Assembly (NCBI RefSeq): GCF_028641065.1
Contig: NC_073383.1
Span: 2,108,001-2,172,000 of the forward strand
Reading direction: 5' to 3'
Origin: Leucoraja erinacea
Lineage: Eukaryota
DNA length: 64,000 nucleotides
Shown: piece by piece, positions 12,499 to 24,617 of the stretch
How the letters are laid out: each line of letters begins with the position of its first letter
How positions within the stretch are numbered: position 1 is the stretch's first letter
Program-made: the position numbers and the translations under genes
Notes under the pieces: model-generated
The model's database searches: none
Seen by the model: the letters and a program-made list of their open reading frames with translations, nothing else
What the model was told of the DNA's origin: nothing

Positions 12499-12848
12499 TC
12501 TATCTATGCATCAATAACTGAAACTGCGCTTGAATTCGGTGGCCTTGCACCCTGCTTGAAGTGGTCGGAAACTGCACTTGAATTTGGTGGCCTTGCATAC
12601 TGCTTGAAGTGGTAAGAAACTGCACCTGGATTTGGTGGCCTTGCACCCTGCTTGAAATGGAATTACAAGGAATGGCCATGAGTCAACTGCTCGTCCACCA
12701 GCCATGAGTGAGCTTCCAGCACATCAGGCTTTGAGTGACTGAACTGTCACCCCAAGAATCATCAGGCTTGAGTGACTGAACTGCCCACAATGTCCATACT
12801 AGCCCTCTGGAACCCAGCCCCTTCAGCCCACCATACCCATACTAGCGC

Positions 12849-12883
<35 letters not shown>

Positions 12884-12989
12884 CCCAACTGGCCACCAAT
12901 ATTGGAATTGGTGGAGATGTGGAATATTGCGTTGGGGGGACCAGCCCTCCTGTGTGAACATGGGACCCAATGCGTCCCATTTAGTCTAG
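12499..12989 (+). mobile_element. Short non-autonomous Helitron
   Basis: TC start, 48-bp repeats shared with the 5275 element, poly-C, and 3' GGGACCCAATGCGTCCC-N7-CTAG|T. No TIR or TSD. Confidence 0.75.
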
Positions 12990-13455
12990 TTGTTTCATAA
13001 ATGTTGGAATAGTCCCTGCCTCAACTACCTCCTCTGGCAGCTCGTTCCATACACCCACCACCCTTTGTATGAAAAAGTTAACCCTCATATTCCTATTAAA
13101 TCTTTTCCACTTCACCTTCAACCTATGTCCTCTGGTTCTCGATCCCCCTACACTGGGCAAGAGACTCTGTGCGTCTACCCGATCTATTCCTCTCATGGTA
13201 TTGTACCATTGTAAGATCACTCCTCATCTTCTGTGCTCCAAGGAATAAAGTCCCAGCCTACTCAACCTCTCCCTATAGCTCACACCCTCGAGTCCTGGCA
13301 ACATCCTCGTAAATCTTCTCTGTACCCTTTCCAGTTTAACAACATCTTTCCTGTAACATGGTGCCCAGGACTGAATACAACACTCTAAATGCGCTCCATC
13401 AACATCTTATTTGACTGCAACTTCTATACTCAATACTCTGACTGATGAAGGCCAA
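12990..13455 (-). mobile_element. CR1 3' fragment
   Basis: MRGIDRVDAQSLLP...SRTRGHRLKV...FFIQRVVGVWNELPEEVVEAG. Confidence 0.8.
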
Positions 13456-13814
13456 GTCATTTGAGCGAGCCAATTTTCTTCAAATGAAATGCATTAATTG
13501 CATTTATGCCTTCTTTCCTGGAGCACTCCCTTCTGCCATCCCCAGACACAATTGTTCATTTTCCAAATACAATAGACAATAGACAATAGATAATAGGTGC
13601 AGGAGTAGGCCATTCGGCCCTACAAGTCCAGCTCCCTACTGAAAATCACAATTGTAGGTGGTTTACCACCCTAACAGGTAATGAATTTCAAATGCTAGCT
13701 AGTCATTCCAAAGATAAGGATTTAATGGTATGTGATTCTTTTGCCATTAAGAGTAAAAATGTCCATCTCTGCTACCTTCAAATTGGACATAAACTTATCA
13801 GTAATAAATGCCAT

Positions 13815-14345
13815 GTGTAAGAAGGAACTGCAGATGCAGGTTTACACCAAAGATAGACACATAATGCTGGAGTAACTCAGCGGGTCGGGCAGCATCTCTG
13901 GAGAGAAGGAATGGGTGATGTTTTGGGTCGAGACCTTTCTACAGACTGACAGTCAGGGGAGAGGGATACACACAGATATGCATCAATTACAGAAGTGACT
14001 GCACTTCGATTGTCTGTGAAGATGCCAAAGTGGAGTGCCAGATATTGAAGAACCTTCAGAGCCGTAAAAATTCAATACCAACCTGGAGCATAGGATATAG
14101 AACATAGACCAGTAGAGCACAGTGTTAGCTATGGGTTAGGTGAAAATAAATTACAGACAATGAGACTGAACAAGACGTCTTTGAAACTGGTGCAACGACG
14201 TGGGTGGGGGAGGGATGGAGCGAGAGGGGATGCAAGGGTTCATTGAAGTTACAGAAATCAATATTCGTATCACTGGGTTGGAAGCTGCCCAAGCAAAATA
14301 TGAAATGCTGTTCCTCCAATTTGCATTTAGCCTCACACTTTCCAT
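13815..14345 (-). mobile_element. Penelope-like element remnants (GIY-YIG C-terminus and terminal repeat)
   Basis: EAKCKLEEQHFIFCLGSFQPSDTNIDFCNF at about 14245-14340, plus a terminal-repeat fragment at 13815-13975. Confidence 0.7.
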
Positions 14346-14605
14346 GCCTACTGTGTTGGCATAGAACGAGATACAGAAAAAGGCTCTTTGCCCCGCAAAG
14401 TCTGGTGCCAAGATAAAAGTGCCAAAGTCTAAACATGGTGCCAAGATAAACTAAACTCATCTGCCTGCACACGATGCATACCCCTGTATTCCCTGTATAT
14501 CCATATGCCAACATAAAGCACTCTTAAATGCTATTGTTCTACCTGCCTCCTATCAGCATGTTCCAGGCACCCACCACCCTCTGGTTAAAAAACGTTCCCT
14601 GTACA

Positions 14606-14940
14606 TCTATCTATCTATATACCTATAAAAGTCTCAATCTTGTCTGTATGTGTGTCGTCTGTATTGTTTTGTATGCTTTGTATCGTCCTCAAAACGCTAT
14701 GTGCTTGCGCTTAATTTTTTACATATTCTGACTCACATTTTTACCGTCTATGCCGTAGTCAGGTTCACTTAAGATTTCATTCTATATTTCAAATGTTATT
14801 GACGACTCAAGTTTAAAAAAAGGCAAAAAACGGTTCTCACACACAGCCTTTTTCCATGACTTGATGATGTCCCAATCTCATTCATAGTACACCAATCACA
14901 ATGGGCCCTCAAGCTGCCGAGTGCCACATCCCCTGTCATC
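14606..14940 (+). mobile_element. Probable Helitron 5' fragment
   Basis: A|TCTATCTATCTATATACCTATAAAAGTCTC start resembles the other Helitron 5' ends here. No 3' end was found. Confidence 0.45.
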
Positions 14941-16376
14941 CATTTTGATCAAATGAATTTGTTCATTAACAGCTGAGTTAATGTGTTCAGGCTTTGCTTA
15001 TATCCCGTTTATTTGAAAAACCTTGGCTTTTAAAGCACCTCGTGGAGGCCAAGTCAATGGATATTTTTAAGACAGAGATGGATAGATTCTTGATTAGTAC
15101 GTGTGTCAGGGGTTATGAGGAGAACACAGGAAAATGGGGTTAAGAGGGAAAGATGGATCAGAGGTAGATCAGCCATGATTGAATGGTGGAGTAGACTTGA
15201 TGGGTTGAATGGCCTAATTCTGCTCCTGTCACATGACCTTATGACCAGAACCTCAGCCAGTGCTTCCATGAGCATTGTAATGAGCAAATTGTTTGCAATG
15301 CTGTTGTCATAGGGCAGTGACATGGCAGAGAGTGCAGGTGTCCCACAGCTACATCAACCCAAGCTCAGCCCCAATGATGTAAATATGGAGTCTGCATCTT
15401 CAACCAGGTAGGTTTATCGTAGTGCTTAGGTTTACACTCACATTCCACAAGTGTTTCCACAAACTTCATGGGTCAAAAAGGTGGCACTGTGACACAGCAG
15501 TAGAGTTGATGCCTCACAGCGACAGAGAACCGGGTTCAATCCTGACTACAGGTGCTGACTGTAGGAATTTGCACAGTTCTCCCTGTGACTGCGTGGGTTT
15601 TCTCTGGGTGCACAGGCTACAAAGGATCAAAGGTTCAAACGTCTGCTTATCGTCACATGTACCAATTAAGGTACAGTAAAACTCGAATTACCATACAGCC
15701 ATGTTAAAAAAAAGCAACACGCAACTACATGTAACTACACATAAACATCCACCACAGCGGATTCCCCACATTCCTCACTGTGATGGAAGGCAACACAGTC
15801 TAATCTTCTTCCCTTTTCATTCTCCCATGGTCGGGGCAGTCGAACCACCCGCACCAGGCGATCGAAGCCTCTGATTGATGTTCCCGCGATCGGGGTGGTC
15901 AAAGTTCCCGAAGTTGGTCTCTAACCAGAGACCGCGAGCTCCATGATGTTAAGTCCTGCAGGCTCCCGCGGTTGATGTTCCCGAAGTCAGTCTACAGCAG
16001 AGGCCACCAACTCCACGATGTTAGGCAGTGCGGACAGATACGATACGGAAATAAATCGCATCTCCTTCGAGGTAAGAGATTAAAAAAAGTTTCCTCCAAC
16101 ACCCCACCCCCATAAAACAAGCTAAAGAACAATAAAACATGCATTTAACACATATTTAAATAAACAACAAAGAAGGAAGAGGCAGCCATTGCTGGCGCCA
16201 CCTGGTGGTGCAGGTTTCTATCATCATTTACTCATCATCATCATCGCAAACTTTTACTTTACTTTAGTCTTTATCTGTAGAGACGCAGGGCGGCAACAGA
16301 CCCTTCAACCCACTGAGTCCGTGACCTCTGTCATTAACACATTTAGACCCATGGATAAGTTCAGTGTGCTTCATAG

Positions 16377-17006
16377 CAAAGATCTTATAGCGGAGCAAGA
16401 TGGCCTTTTCCTACGCAAAACACATGGTACGGTCATGGGCTGATTCATGGGTGATTATAGGACCCATTTTAGCAACCAGCCTCCGCCATCTTGTTCCGCC
16501 ATCTTGTTCCGCCATCTTGCTTCCAGCCAAAGATCGCATCTTTGCTTCCACCTCTGCTCCCGTATCATCGCTTTGGTCTTTGACTTGGGCGGGGAGAGGG
16601 GGGTGCGCGGCCCGGGGCCTAGGTGTGAGAAGGGGTGCGCAGACTGGGGCAGCAGGGTGGCCTAGGGCCTAGGCGGGGAGAAGGGGTGTGCGCGGCCCAG
16701 GGCAGCGGGGAGGCCAGGGGCGTACACGGGGAGAGGGGGGTGCAGGCCCTGGGGCAGCGGGGAGAGAGGAGAGGAGTAGTGCAAGTGGTGTAGTGGTGGT
16801 GCAGGAGGGTTGGGTAGGGCCAGGGGAGGGAGAGAGCAAAAATATCATAGCGGAGCTCCGCTATATGATCTATGGGAGAGAGAGGTGAGGTAAGGGCCGG
16901 GGTGCAGAGAGCATGGGGAGAGATGTGGGGTTGGGGGCTGGTGGGTTAAGGGGACTACAGCATAGGAGGGGGGGACACATTGCAGTGTGGAGGAGGGGAG
17001 GGAGTG

Positions 17007-17059
<53 letters not shown>

Positions 17060-17488
17060 ATTGAATTGATTGGGGTGGGATAGGGCCTAGTGTGTGTGAA
17101 GTTGCGCGGAGGTTTACAATGTTTATTATTTAATGTCCCTTGTCTAGTCTGAAATAAAGTTCATCATTGGATATAAAAATCAGAAGAAATATAATTGTGT
17201 GTGTAATATGATTATATACATTTATATCACATTCATGTATGTGTGTTTATAAACATTTTATTCTTTAACAAGAATTAATAGAATTATTAACTAACAGAAT
17301 TATGAATCTAACCCTATATCACGCACAAAAACTGTTCCCCCGCAATGTTGATTACCCTGCGAGTCGGGTCGGTTCCGGTTACTAAAATGGGTGGGGAAAA
17401 ATGCCCAGGATCCCCTCCGTAGCGTACTACACGTCAGCCCATTGCATTTCGCAGGAGTGGCCTATCTTGCTCCGCTATAGGATCTTTG
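16377..17488. mobile_element. Non-autonomous DNA transposon (P- or hAT-like) with about 30-bp TIRs and 8-bp TSD
   Basis: TIR CAAAGATCYTATAGCGGAGCAAGAT at both ends, TSD CTTCATAG (16369-16376) / CTTCATAA (17489-17496), G-rich interior with a 50-nt poly-G at 17009-17058. Confidence 0.85.
16837..16874. mobile_element. 38-bp TIR-TIR remnant (footprint) with perfect 8-bp TSD
   Basis: GGAGAGAG|CAAAAATATCATAGCGGAG-CTCCGCTATATGATCTATG|GGAGAGAG. Confidence 0.75.
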
Positions 17489-17742
17489 CTTCATAAGGCT
17501 ACTCAGAAGTTTTGAGAGATCAGTCAGAGGCCGACATTTCATCCTAGAAAGAAAACAGGATTAGCTGAAATACCTTCTTAAATACTCCACGTTAGGTGTC
17601 CATTACTACTCTGGATTATTGCATGGAAATTAAATTCAACAAGGTTCTTAATAATCAAGTGAAAGACATTTTTTTTCAACTCACAAATGATTCTACCCAA
17701 TAACATTCGGATTTGTGAGAAGAATTTTGAAGAACTCCATAT

Positions 17743-18832
17743 GGGACGGCACGGTGATGCAGCAGTAGAGTTGCAGCCTCACATCGCTTACAGTGCCAGA
17801 GACCCAGGTTCGATCCCGACTTGCGGAGTTTGTACCTTCTCCATGTGACCATGTGGGTTATTTCCGGGATCTTCGGTTTCCTCCCACACTCCAAAGACAT
17901 ACAGGTTTGTAGGTTAATTGGCTTGGTATAAATGTAAATTGGCCCTAGTATACATAGAAACATAGAAACATAGAAATTAGGTGCAGGAGTAGGCCATTCG
18001 GCCCTTCGAGCCTGCACCGCCATTCAATATGATCAGGGCTGATCATCCAACTCAGTATCCCGTACCTGCTTTCTCTCCATACCCCCTGATCCCCTTAGCC
18101 ACAAGGGCCACATCTAACTCCCTCTTAAATATAGCCAATGAACTGGCCTCAACTACCCTCTGTGGCAGAGAGTTCCAGAGATTCACCACTCTCTGCGTGA
18201 AAAAAGTTATTCTCATCTCGGTTTTTAAAGGATTTCCCCTTTATCCTTAAGCTGTGACCCCTTGTCCTGGACTTCCCTAACAATTCGGGAACAATCTTCC
18301 TGCATCTAGCCTGTCCAACCCCTTAAGAATTTTGTAAGTTTCTATAAGATCCCCTCTCAATCTCCTAAATTCTAGAGAGTATAAACCAAGTCTATCCAGT
18401 CTTTCTTCATAAGACAGTCCTGACATCCCAGGAATCAGTCTGGTGAACCGTCTCTGCACTCCCTCTATGGCAATAATGTCCTTCCTCAGATTTGGAGACC
18501 AAAACTGTACGCAATACTCCAGGTGTGGTCTCACCAAGACCCTGTACAACTGCAGTAGAACCTCTCTGCTCCTATACTCAAATCCTTTTGCAATGAAAGC
18601 TAACATACCATTCGCTTTCTTTACTGCCTGCTGCACCTGCATGCCTACCTTCAATGACTGGTGTACCATGACACCCAGGTCTCGCTGCATCTCCCCCTTT
18701 CCCAATCGGCCACCATTTAGATAATATAGTATAGTGTAGGATAGTGTTAGTGTGCGAGGATCGCTGGTCGGTGCGGACTCGATGGGCCGAAGGGCCTGTT
18801 TCTGTGCTGTATCTCTAAACTAAACTTAACTA
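17743..18832 (+). mobile_element. tRNA-derived SINE (V-SINE/HE1-like) interrupted by CR1
   Basis: A-box and B-box (GGTTCGATCCC) head with a (TAAAC)n tail. The uninterrupted copy is at 29980-30296. Confidence 0.8.
17953..18726 (-). mobile_element. Young 5'-truncated CR1 insertion with 7-bp TSD TAGTATA
   Basis: TSD at 17946-17952 and 18727-18733. Nearly identical to the CR1 at 29-800, and copy B shows the empty site at about 30185. Confidence 0.92.
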
Positions 18833-18834
18833 AA

Positions 18835-19128
18835 AATGTGGCTGTAAAACCCAGTGGTGGAGTTGCAGCCATCCCAGTCACTGTATCCCCTATATTTTTC
18901 AGGTCTCTGGAAGTGCTGAGAGCTTCTGTCGATGGGCTGCTCATAGAAGATCTAGACATCATCCATCACCATCAGTAGTAGTGTCACAAGAGCGGAAATG
19001 ATCATAAACTGAGAGGGACAGTAGTCCTCGCACTCCACCATTTCCCCTCCAAAGTCAGACAACTTGGTTATCCTTCCCCTGTGATTCTCCCAGGCTTGTA
19101 GACTCCTTAGATAGCTCCTACAAAATTT
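18835..19128 (-). pseudogene. Degenerate gamma-crystallin pseudogene (exon-3-like), copy A
   Basis: Reads NHRGRITKLSDFGGEMVECEDYCPS/VYDHFRSCD../VMDDV*IFYEQPIDRSSQHFQRPEKYRGYSDWDGCNSTTG, colinear with exon 3 of the intact genes. Contains frameshifts and a TAG at the Trp position (18952-18954). Confidence 0.85.
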
Positions 19129-20759
19129 ATGACCTTTAGGCCAAGGGTGTCGAAGACATAGGAACACCATCAACTGCAAGTGGTCCTCCAAGGGTTACCC
19201 CATCTTGACGCAGTCTGAAGAAGGGTCATGGCCAGAAACGTCACCCATTCCTTCGCTCCAGAGATGCTGCCTCAACCCAGCTTTTTGTGTTCTTCTTTGA
19301 CTTGGAAATCTATCCACAATTCTTCCCCATCACTGGGTCAATGTCCTGGAACTATCTCTCCTAACAACGTTGTGGGTGTACACAGACCTGAAGGGCTGTA
19401 GTGGTTCAAGACAGCTGCTCACCACCACCACCTCAAAGGCAATTCACTATGGGCAATCATTGCTGACAGCCTATAAGCCCGCACCTCTAGAATGGAAAAT
19501 TAATTGTAGCTATCAAGGTCCAGATAATGCACTTGTAGGTTCCTAACAAGCTGTGTGTTTTTTTTTTATCATTCCCACTTGTGGGGCCTTGATCACCCCC
19601 ACCAATGTCACTCTTCCTTAATCTTTCTTGGCTTCATCGAAACTCATTTACTTTTTTGATTAAAAGATAAATTACTGGAAGAACTGAGCAGGTCAAGCAG
19701 GATATAAACGCAAAAAGCTGGAGTAAATCAGCGGGCCAGGCAGCATCTCTGGAGACAAGAAATGGAGACCCTTCTTCAGGCTGAGAGTCAGGGGAAAGGC
19801 AAACGAGAGATAGAGACGGTGATATTGAGTGATATAGATCAAGTGAATGAAAGATACAGAATGCGATAAAAGTAATGATGATAAAGGCCATTGTTAGCTG
19901 TGTGCCAGGAAACGTGTACAGACAATGAGACTCAACAAGATGACTTTGAAGCTGGTATGACGATTGGGGGGGGGGGGGAGGGTAGAGAGAGAGGAGAGAT
20001 GCGCAGGTTATTTGAAGTTAGAGAAATTGATATTCAAGCAGGTTGTACAGAGGCAAAGGGATAGTCAATATTTCTGAGACTTTGCAACAGATGAGGAGAT
20101 ATTCAGCCCATCAAGTCTATTTGGCCCATCAAGTCTCTGCTATTCAATCATGGTTGATCTATCTCTCCCTCCTAACCCCATTCTCCTGCCTTCTCCCCAT
20201 AACCCCTGACACTCGCACTAATCAAATGGGTCAAGCGAATTCAAATAGGATTAGCCTATCTCAGGCTAATAACAATGGCCTTATTCTGGAGCTTTAGTCT
20301 TTATTCTAGAAGTTTATCTCAAGCATTGATTAAAGAATGGAACATATGTATTCAGGCAGTGAAGAAAGCTAATGGAATGTTGGCCTTCATAACAAGAGGA
20401 TTTCAGTATAAGTGTAAAGAGGTTCTTCTGCAGTTGTATAGATACATAGATACATAGAACATAGGTGCATGAGTAGACCATTCGGCCCTTCGAGCCTGCA
20501 CCGCCATTCAATATGATGATGGCTGATCATCCAACTCAGTATCCCGTACCTGCCTTCTCTCCATACCCCCTAATCCCTTTAGCCACAAGGGCCTCATCTA
20601 TAGGGCTCTGGTAAGACCACATCTGGAGTATTGTGTGCAGTTTTAGCCTCCAAATTTGAGGAAGGGCATCCTTGTGATTGAGGCAGGGCAGCGTAGGTTC
20701 AGGAGATTGATCCCTGGGATGGCGGGACTGCCATATGAGGAAAGATTGAAAAGAATAAT

Positions 20760-22345
20760 GAATCGCATTTTCAAATGAGGGGCTTTTCGAAATCATAAGG
20801 TAAACCTCTGCCGGAATATGTAAAAAAATCACTGTTACCGCGTCGGGTTTTCGAGGATCAGATGTGAATCACATGTGAAAACACACACACACACACACGC
20901 ACGCACAGACACACACATCCAAGATCAGCGTTTTAATAGTTACTAGACCAAGTGCAGACCCGTTGGGTCTGCTCCCCCAACACAGCCGTTCCCTACCCGT
21001 AGCCTCCACGAGAGGCGTGGTCCTCCGACTTAAGCAGCTCAGGAATCAGCAGTGCGGCTGTTTTTAAATGGCGTCTTTGAGGTGAGATGCGGGCGCCAGC
21101 AGCCATTATGGTCGAGGCAGGAGGCGACAAAATGAGTGAGTGAGGTGGGGGGGGGGGGGGGGGGGGGAGAAGAATTTTATTAAAAATGTGTACATAAACA
21201 CGACAAAATTTAATGAGGAGTGGATACTTGGAATGAAACGTGAAATCTCTACCGAAATGGAAAAAATCAGGGCGTTTGTGGGTCGAGTGTTGGCGTGGCA
21301 ACTAATCAAAGGCTGGCAACCACGTCAGAAACACACACAGCCACATAGCGAGACACACACAGAGTTTTATATATATACCACACCAAGTGCAGACCCGTTG
21401 GGTCTGCTCCCCCAAAGGTGTGATCTCCCAACCCAATATTCCACCATGCACCCGTCTCCTCAAATGGAACTGAAGCCGTTCTGAAAAGTAAGATTCCAGC
21501 ACTGCCCTGACTCCCTCAGCAGTGGATTAAAAAAAAAATCCAATGGCACCTCCCTGCCTGCTGCAGCAGTGAAAAGTTCAGAGTGTTCCTGTCTTGCAAC
21601 TTTGTTTCGAAGTGTGTTGGAAGCTGACATGTAAATGGAGAAGCCAGTTTATTTTTGAAATACTTGGGGGTGCGGGTGGGAGAAGGATTTGATTAAAAAC
21701 GTGTACTTCAACACAACAAAATGTAATGAGGAGCGGATACTTAGAAAGAAAAGCGAAATCTCTACCAAAATGGAAAAGATCTCGGAGATTGAGCGTCTGG
21801 ATTGGGCGTGGCAATGAATCAAAAGAAGAAATGCAGCCGGCAGCCGTACATGCAAATGGATCCATTCCGATTGGACATCTGTGAGCATCGGCCATTCCGA
21901 TTGGACATCTGCGAGTATCGGGCACGAATCAAAAGGCAGAAAGGGATCCGGACGGCAACCGGACGGATAGCCCCAGAGTTTTATAGATATAGTAGACCAA
22001 GTGCAGACCCGTTGGGTCTGCTCCCCCAATGGTGTGATTCCCCCAACCCAATATTCCACCATGCACCCGTCTCCTCCAACGGAACTGAAGCTGATCCCAA
22101 ATGTAAGATTCCAGCACTCCCCTGCCTCCCTCAATTGCACCTCCCCTGCCTGCTGCAGCAGTGAAAAGTCCAGTGTTCCTGTCTTGCAACTTTGTTTCGA
22201 AGTGTGTTGGAAGCTGATAGGAAGGAGCAGTCGTCAACGAATCAAAAGGCAGGAAGGGATCCGTACTGCAGGCGGACGGATGGATTTGAGTTTTATATAT
22301 TAATAGATAGATAGATATAGATAGATAGATATAGATAGATAGATA
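20760..22345 (-). mobile_element. Head-to-tail array of non-autonomous Helitron units, copy A
   Basis: On the minus strand the 3' end GCAGACCC-AAC-GGGTCTGC-ACTTGGT-CTAG occurs at 20943, about 21378 and about 21992 (the last two with a mutated CTAG). Each is joined to a TA-rich ...ATAAAACTC 5' end. Confidence 0.7.
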
Positions 22346-22444
22346 TGGTGAAAATAAATGAATTATTTAGACAATTGTCTTGAAAAGGGTATTTTATTTT
22401 CTGAAGTATTTCATCAGAATAATATTGTGCATATTGAGAGTAAT

Positions 22445-24556
22445 CTAGAAGTCCCTCATGCGCCTGAAAGACCCGATGGTGGAGTTGTATCCGCCCCAGT
22501 CATTGTATCTCCTGTACTCCCCGGGTCTCATGAAGTACTGTCGGCCTCTGTAGTTGGCTTGTTCATAGAAGATCCAGTAACCATCCATCACGTGGCAGGA
22601 GTGAATGTCACGGTAACGGAAACGATCATAGACGGAGGGACAGTCGTCCATGAATTCCATCGTCTGTCCTCCAAAGTCAGGCCTCTCGTAAATCTTCATC
22701 CTGTAGTTTCCACCTCGGTACTGGAATAAAGGATATAAACATGTCAAAGGTGCCTACATTAATAAAGAGATTATACCAAGCAAGTTGTAGCAAGCCTCAG
22801 TAATGATCAATTATAAATTACATTTCCAATCTAGCGTTAATGAAGTCAAAGGAGCAAAGTGTATTTCTAGGAAAGAACTGCAGATGCTGGTTTAAATAGA
22901 CGCAAAATGTTGGAGTAACTCAACGGGACAGGCAGCATCTCTGGAGAGAAGGATGGGTGACGTTTTGGGTTGAGATTGTTAGTGGAAGCATTGAAGACTG
23001 AGAGTCAGGGGAGTGGGCGGGACAGAGATAAAATGTAGCAAGGAATCATCTCCGATGGTAAGTCCCGCGGTGGGGCTCCAAGTCAGTCCCGAGGAAGGGA
23101 TCTGGGATCCATCTCCACGATGTTAGGCCGCAGAGCGACCGGAGATACGATCGAACGATAACATTTGAAATAAATGTTTCCCCTGCCCGCCCATCCCCCA
23201 CATAAAACAAACCATAGAACATTTAAAACAAACTAAAAATAACAAAAAACAGACGAAAAGGCAGACAGACCTTTGGCGAGGCTGCCATCTAAGCTCACCT
23301 GGTGTTTACCTGTACGTCTTTGGAGTGAGGGAAGAAACCAAAGCTCTCAGAGAAAACACATGCAGGTCAGGCGGAGAATGAACAAACTCTGTACAGACAA
23401 GCACTGGTAGTCAGGATCAACCCCAGGTCTCTGGCGCTGTCAGGCAGCAACTCGACCGCTCCACTAAGTTATGCCAATCTTTTAACATTAACCAAATTCT
23501 GCAGATATTCACGAAGGAAGCCATTCATCCTGTTGAGTCCTTCCCAGAACATCCTTCACTGCCCAATTCCATTTCCCTGCTCTCTGTGTTTTAAGTGCTC
23601 ATTTGAATGCAGTGAGAAAGCTTCTGTCGCTATCTCTGTCACAAAGGCAGTCACAAGGGCGCCAAGTTGCAGCGCCAGAGATCCGAGTTCGATCCCAACT
23701 GCAGGTTCACCCCGTGACTAGCGTGTGCTTTCTCCGTGATCTTCAGTTTCCTCCCACGCTCCAAAGACGTGCTTGTTTGTAGGTTAATTGGCTTGGCAAT
23801 TGGAAAAATTGTCCCTAGAGTGTGTTAGTGTGTAGACCCGCGCTGTATCTCAAAGCTAAACTAAAGTCTCAAACCTCCACTGTAGATAGATGACAAGTAT
23901 TTCCTCAGTACTCGTTCAATGCTTCCAATAGCCATCTTTACCCAAACCCCTCACAACCAAAGAAACAGGCCCACTAGAATCACCTGTATCAGATTCACCA
24001 CCTACCTACGCTAATCTCACAGCCTTTAACAGCCAAACATCCACTGACGCTGAAAATGTAAGCAATTAAATCTAGTTAACAATTGTTATCAGCATAACAA
24101 ATTGGACAAAGAGAAACATTTCCCTAAAGATTGCTGGCAAGTCCAGTTCTAGCAAATGCTGGTGAAGTGGGAGCACTGTTTCAAGTGGCCTGCAACAATG
24201 ATCATACACTGGAACTCACATGTGGGTAGCTGCGACAGGACCTGATGTTGTCGTTGAATCCCATCCAGCGCTGGTAGTCAGGATACTCCCCCCTGTTCAG
24301 GACATACTGGTACCCCATGTAGTTGGGTTTCTCGTACGCCACCCACCAGTCACTCTCCACACGGATGGAGTTACAGCGGCTGAAGTAAGGGGACAGGTCG
24401 GCACAGTCGGTGCTGCACTCATAGTGCCGACCCTGGAAGTTCCTGTCCTCGTAGAAGATGATCTGTGGAGAGAAATAAATAGTTTGGGTCAGATTAGGAG
24501 GCGCACAATGTTTAAAGTGTACTTCCCCAAATCAGATTTAATCTTGCCTTTCCCAT
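22445..24556 (-). CDS. cryg: Gamma-crystallin gene 2; exons 24548-24556, 24220-24462, 22445-22720
   Basis: Same 9/243/276 exon layout, open frame ending RRMRDF-TAG. Intron 1 (85 nt) has an AAG|GCAAGA donor and intron 2 is 1499 nt. TATATAAA at 24610-24617 and AATAAA at 22393-22398. Confidence 0.93.
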
Positions 24557-24609
24557 TTTAGTTCACAGTCAACACCAATCTGTGGTCTACCTGTAGCTAC
24601 AACTTGCCC

Positions 24610-24617
24610 TTTATATA
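24610..24617 (-). promoter_or_regulatory. TATA box of gene 2
   Basis: TATATAAA about 55 nt upstream of the ATG at 24556. Confidence 0.75.

Noticed and set aside
17009-17058. 50-nt poly-G as a functional G-quadruplex
   Set aside because: It lies within a MITE, and homopolymer length is unreliable in assemblies.
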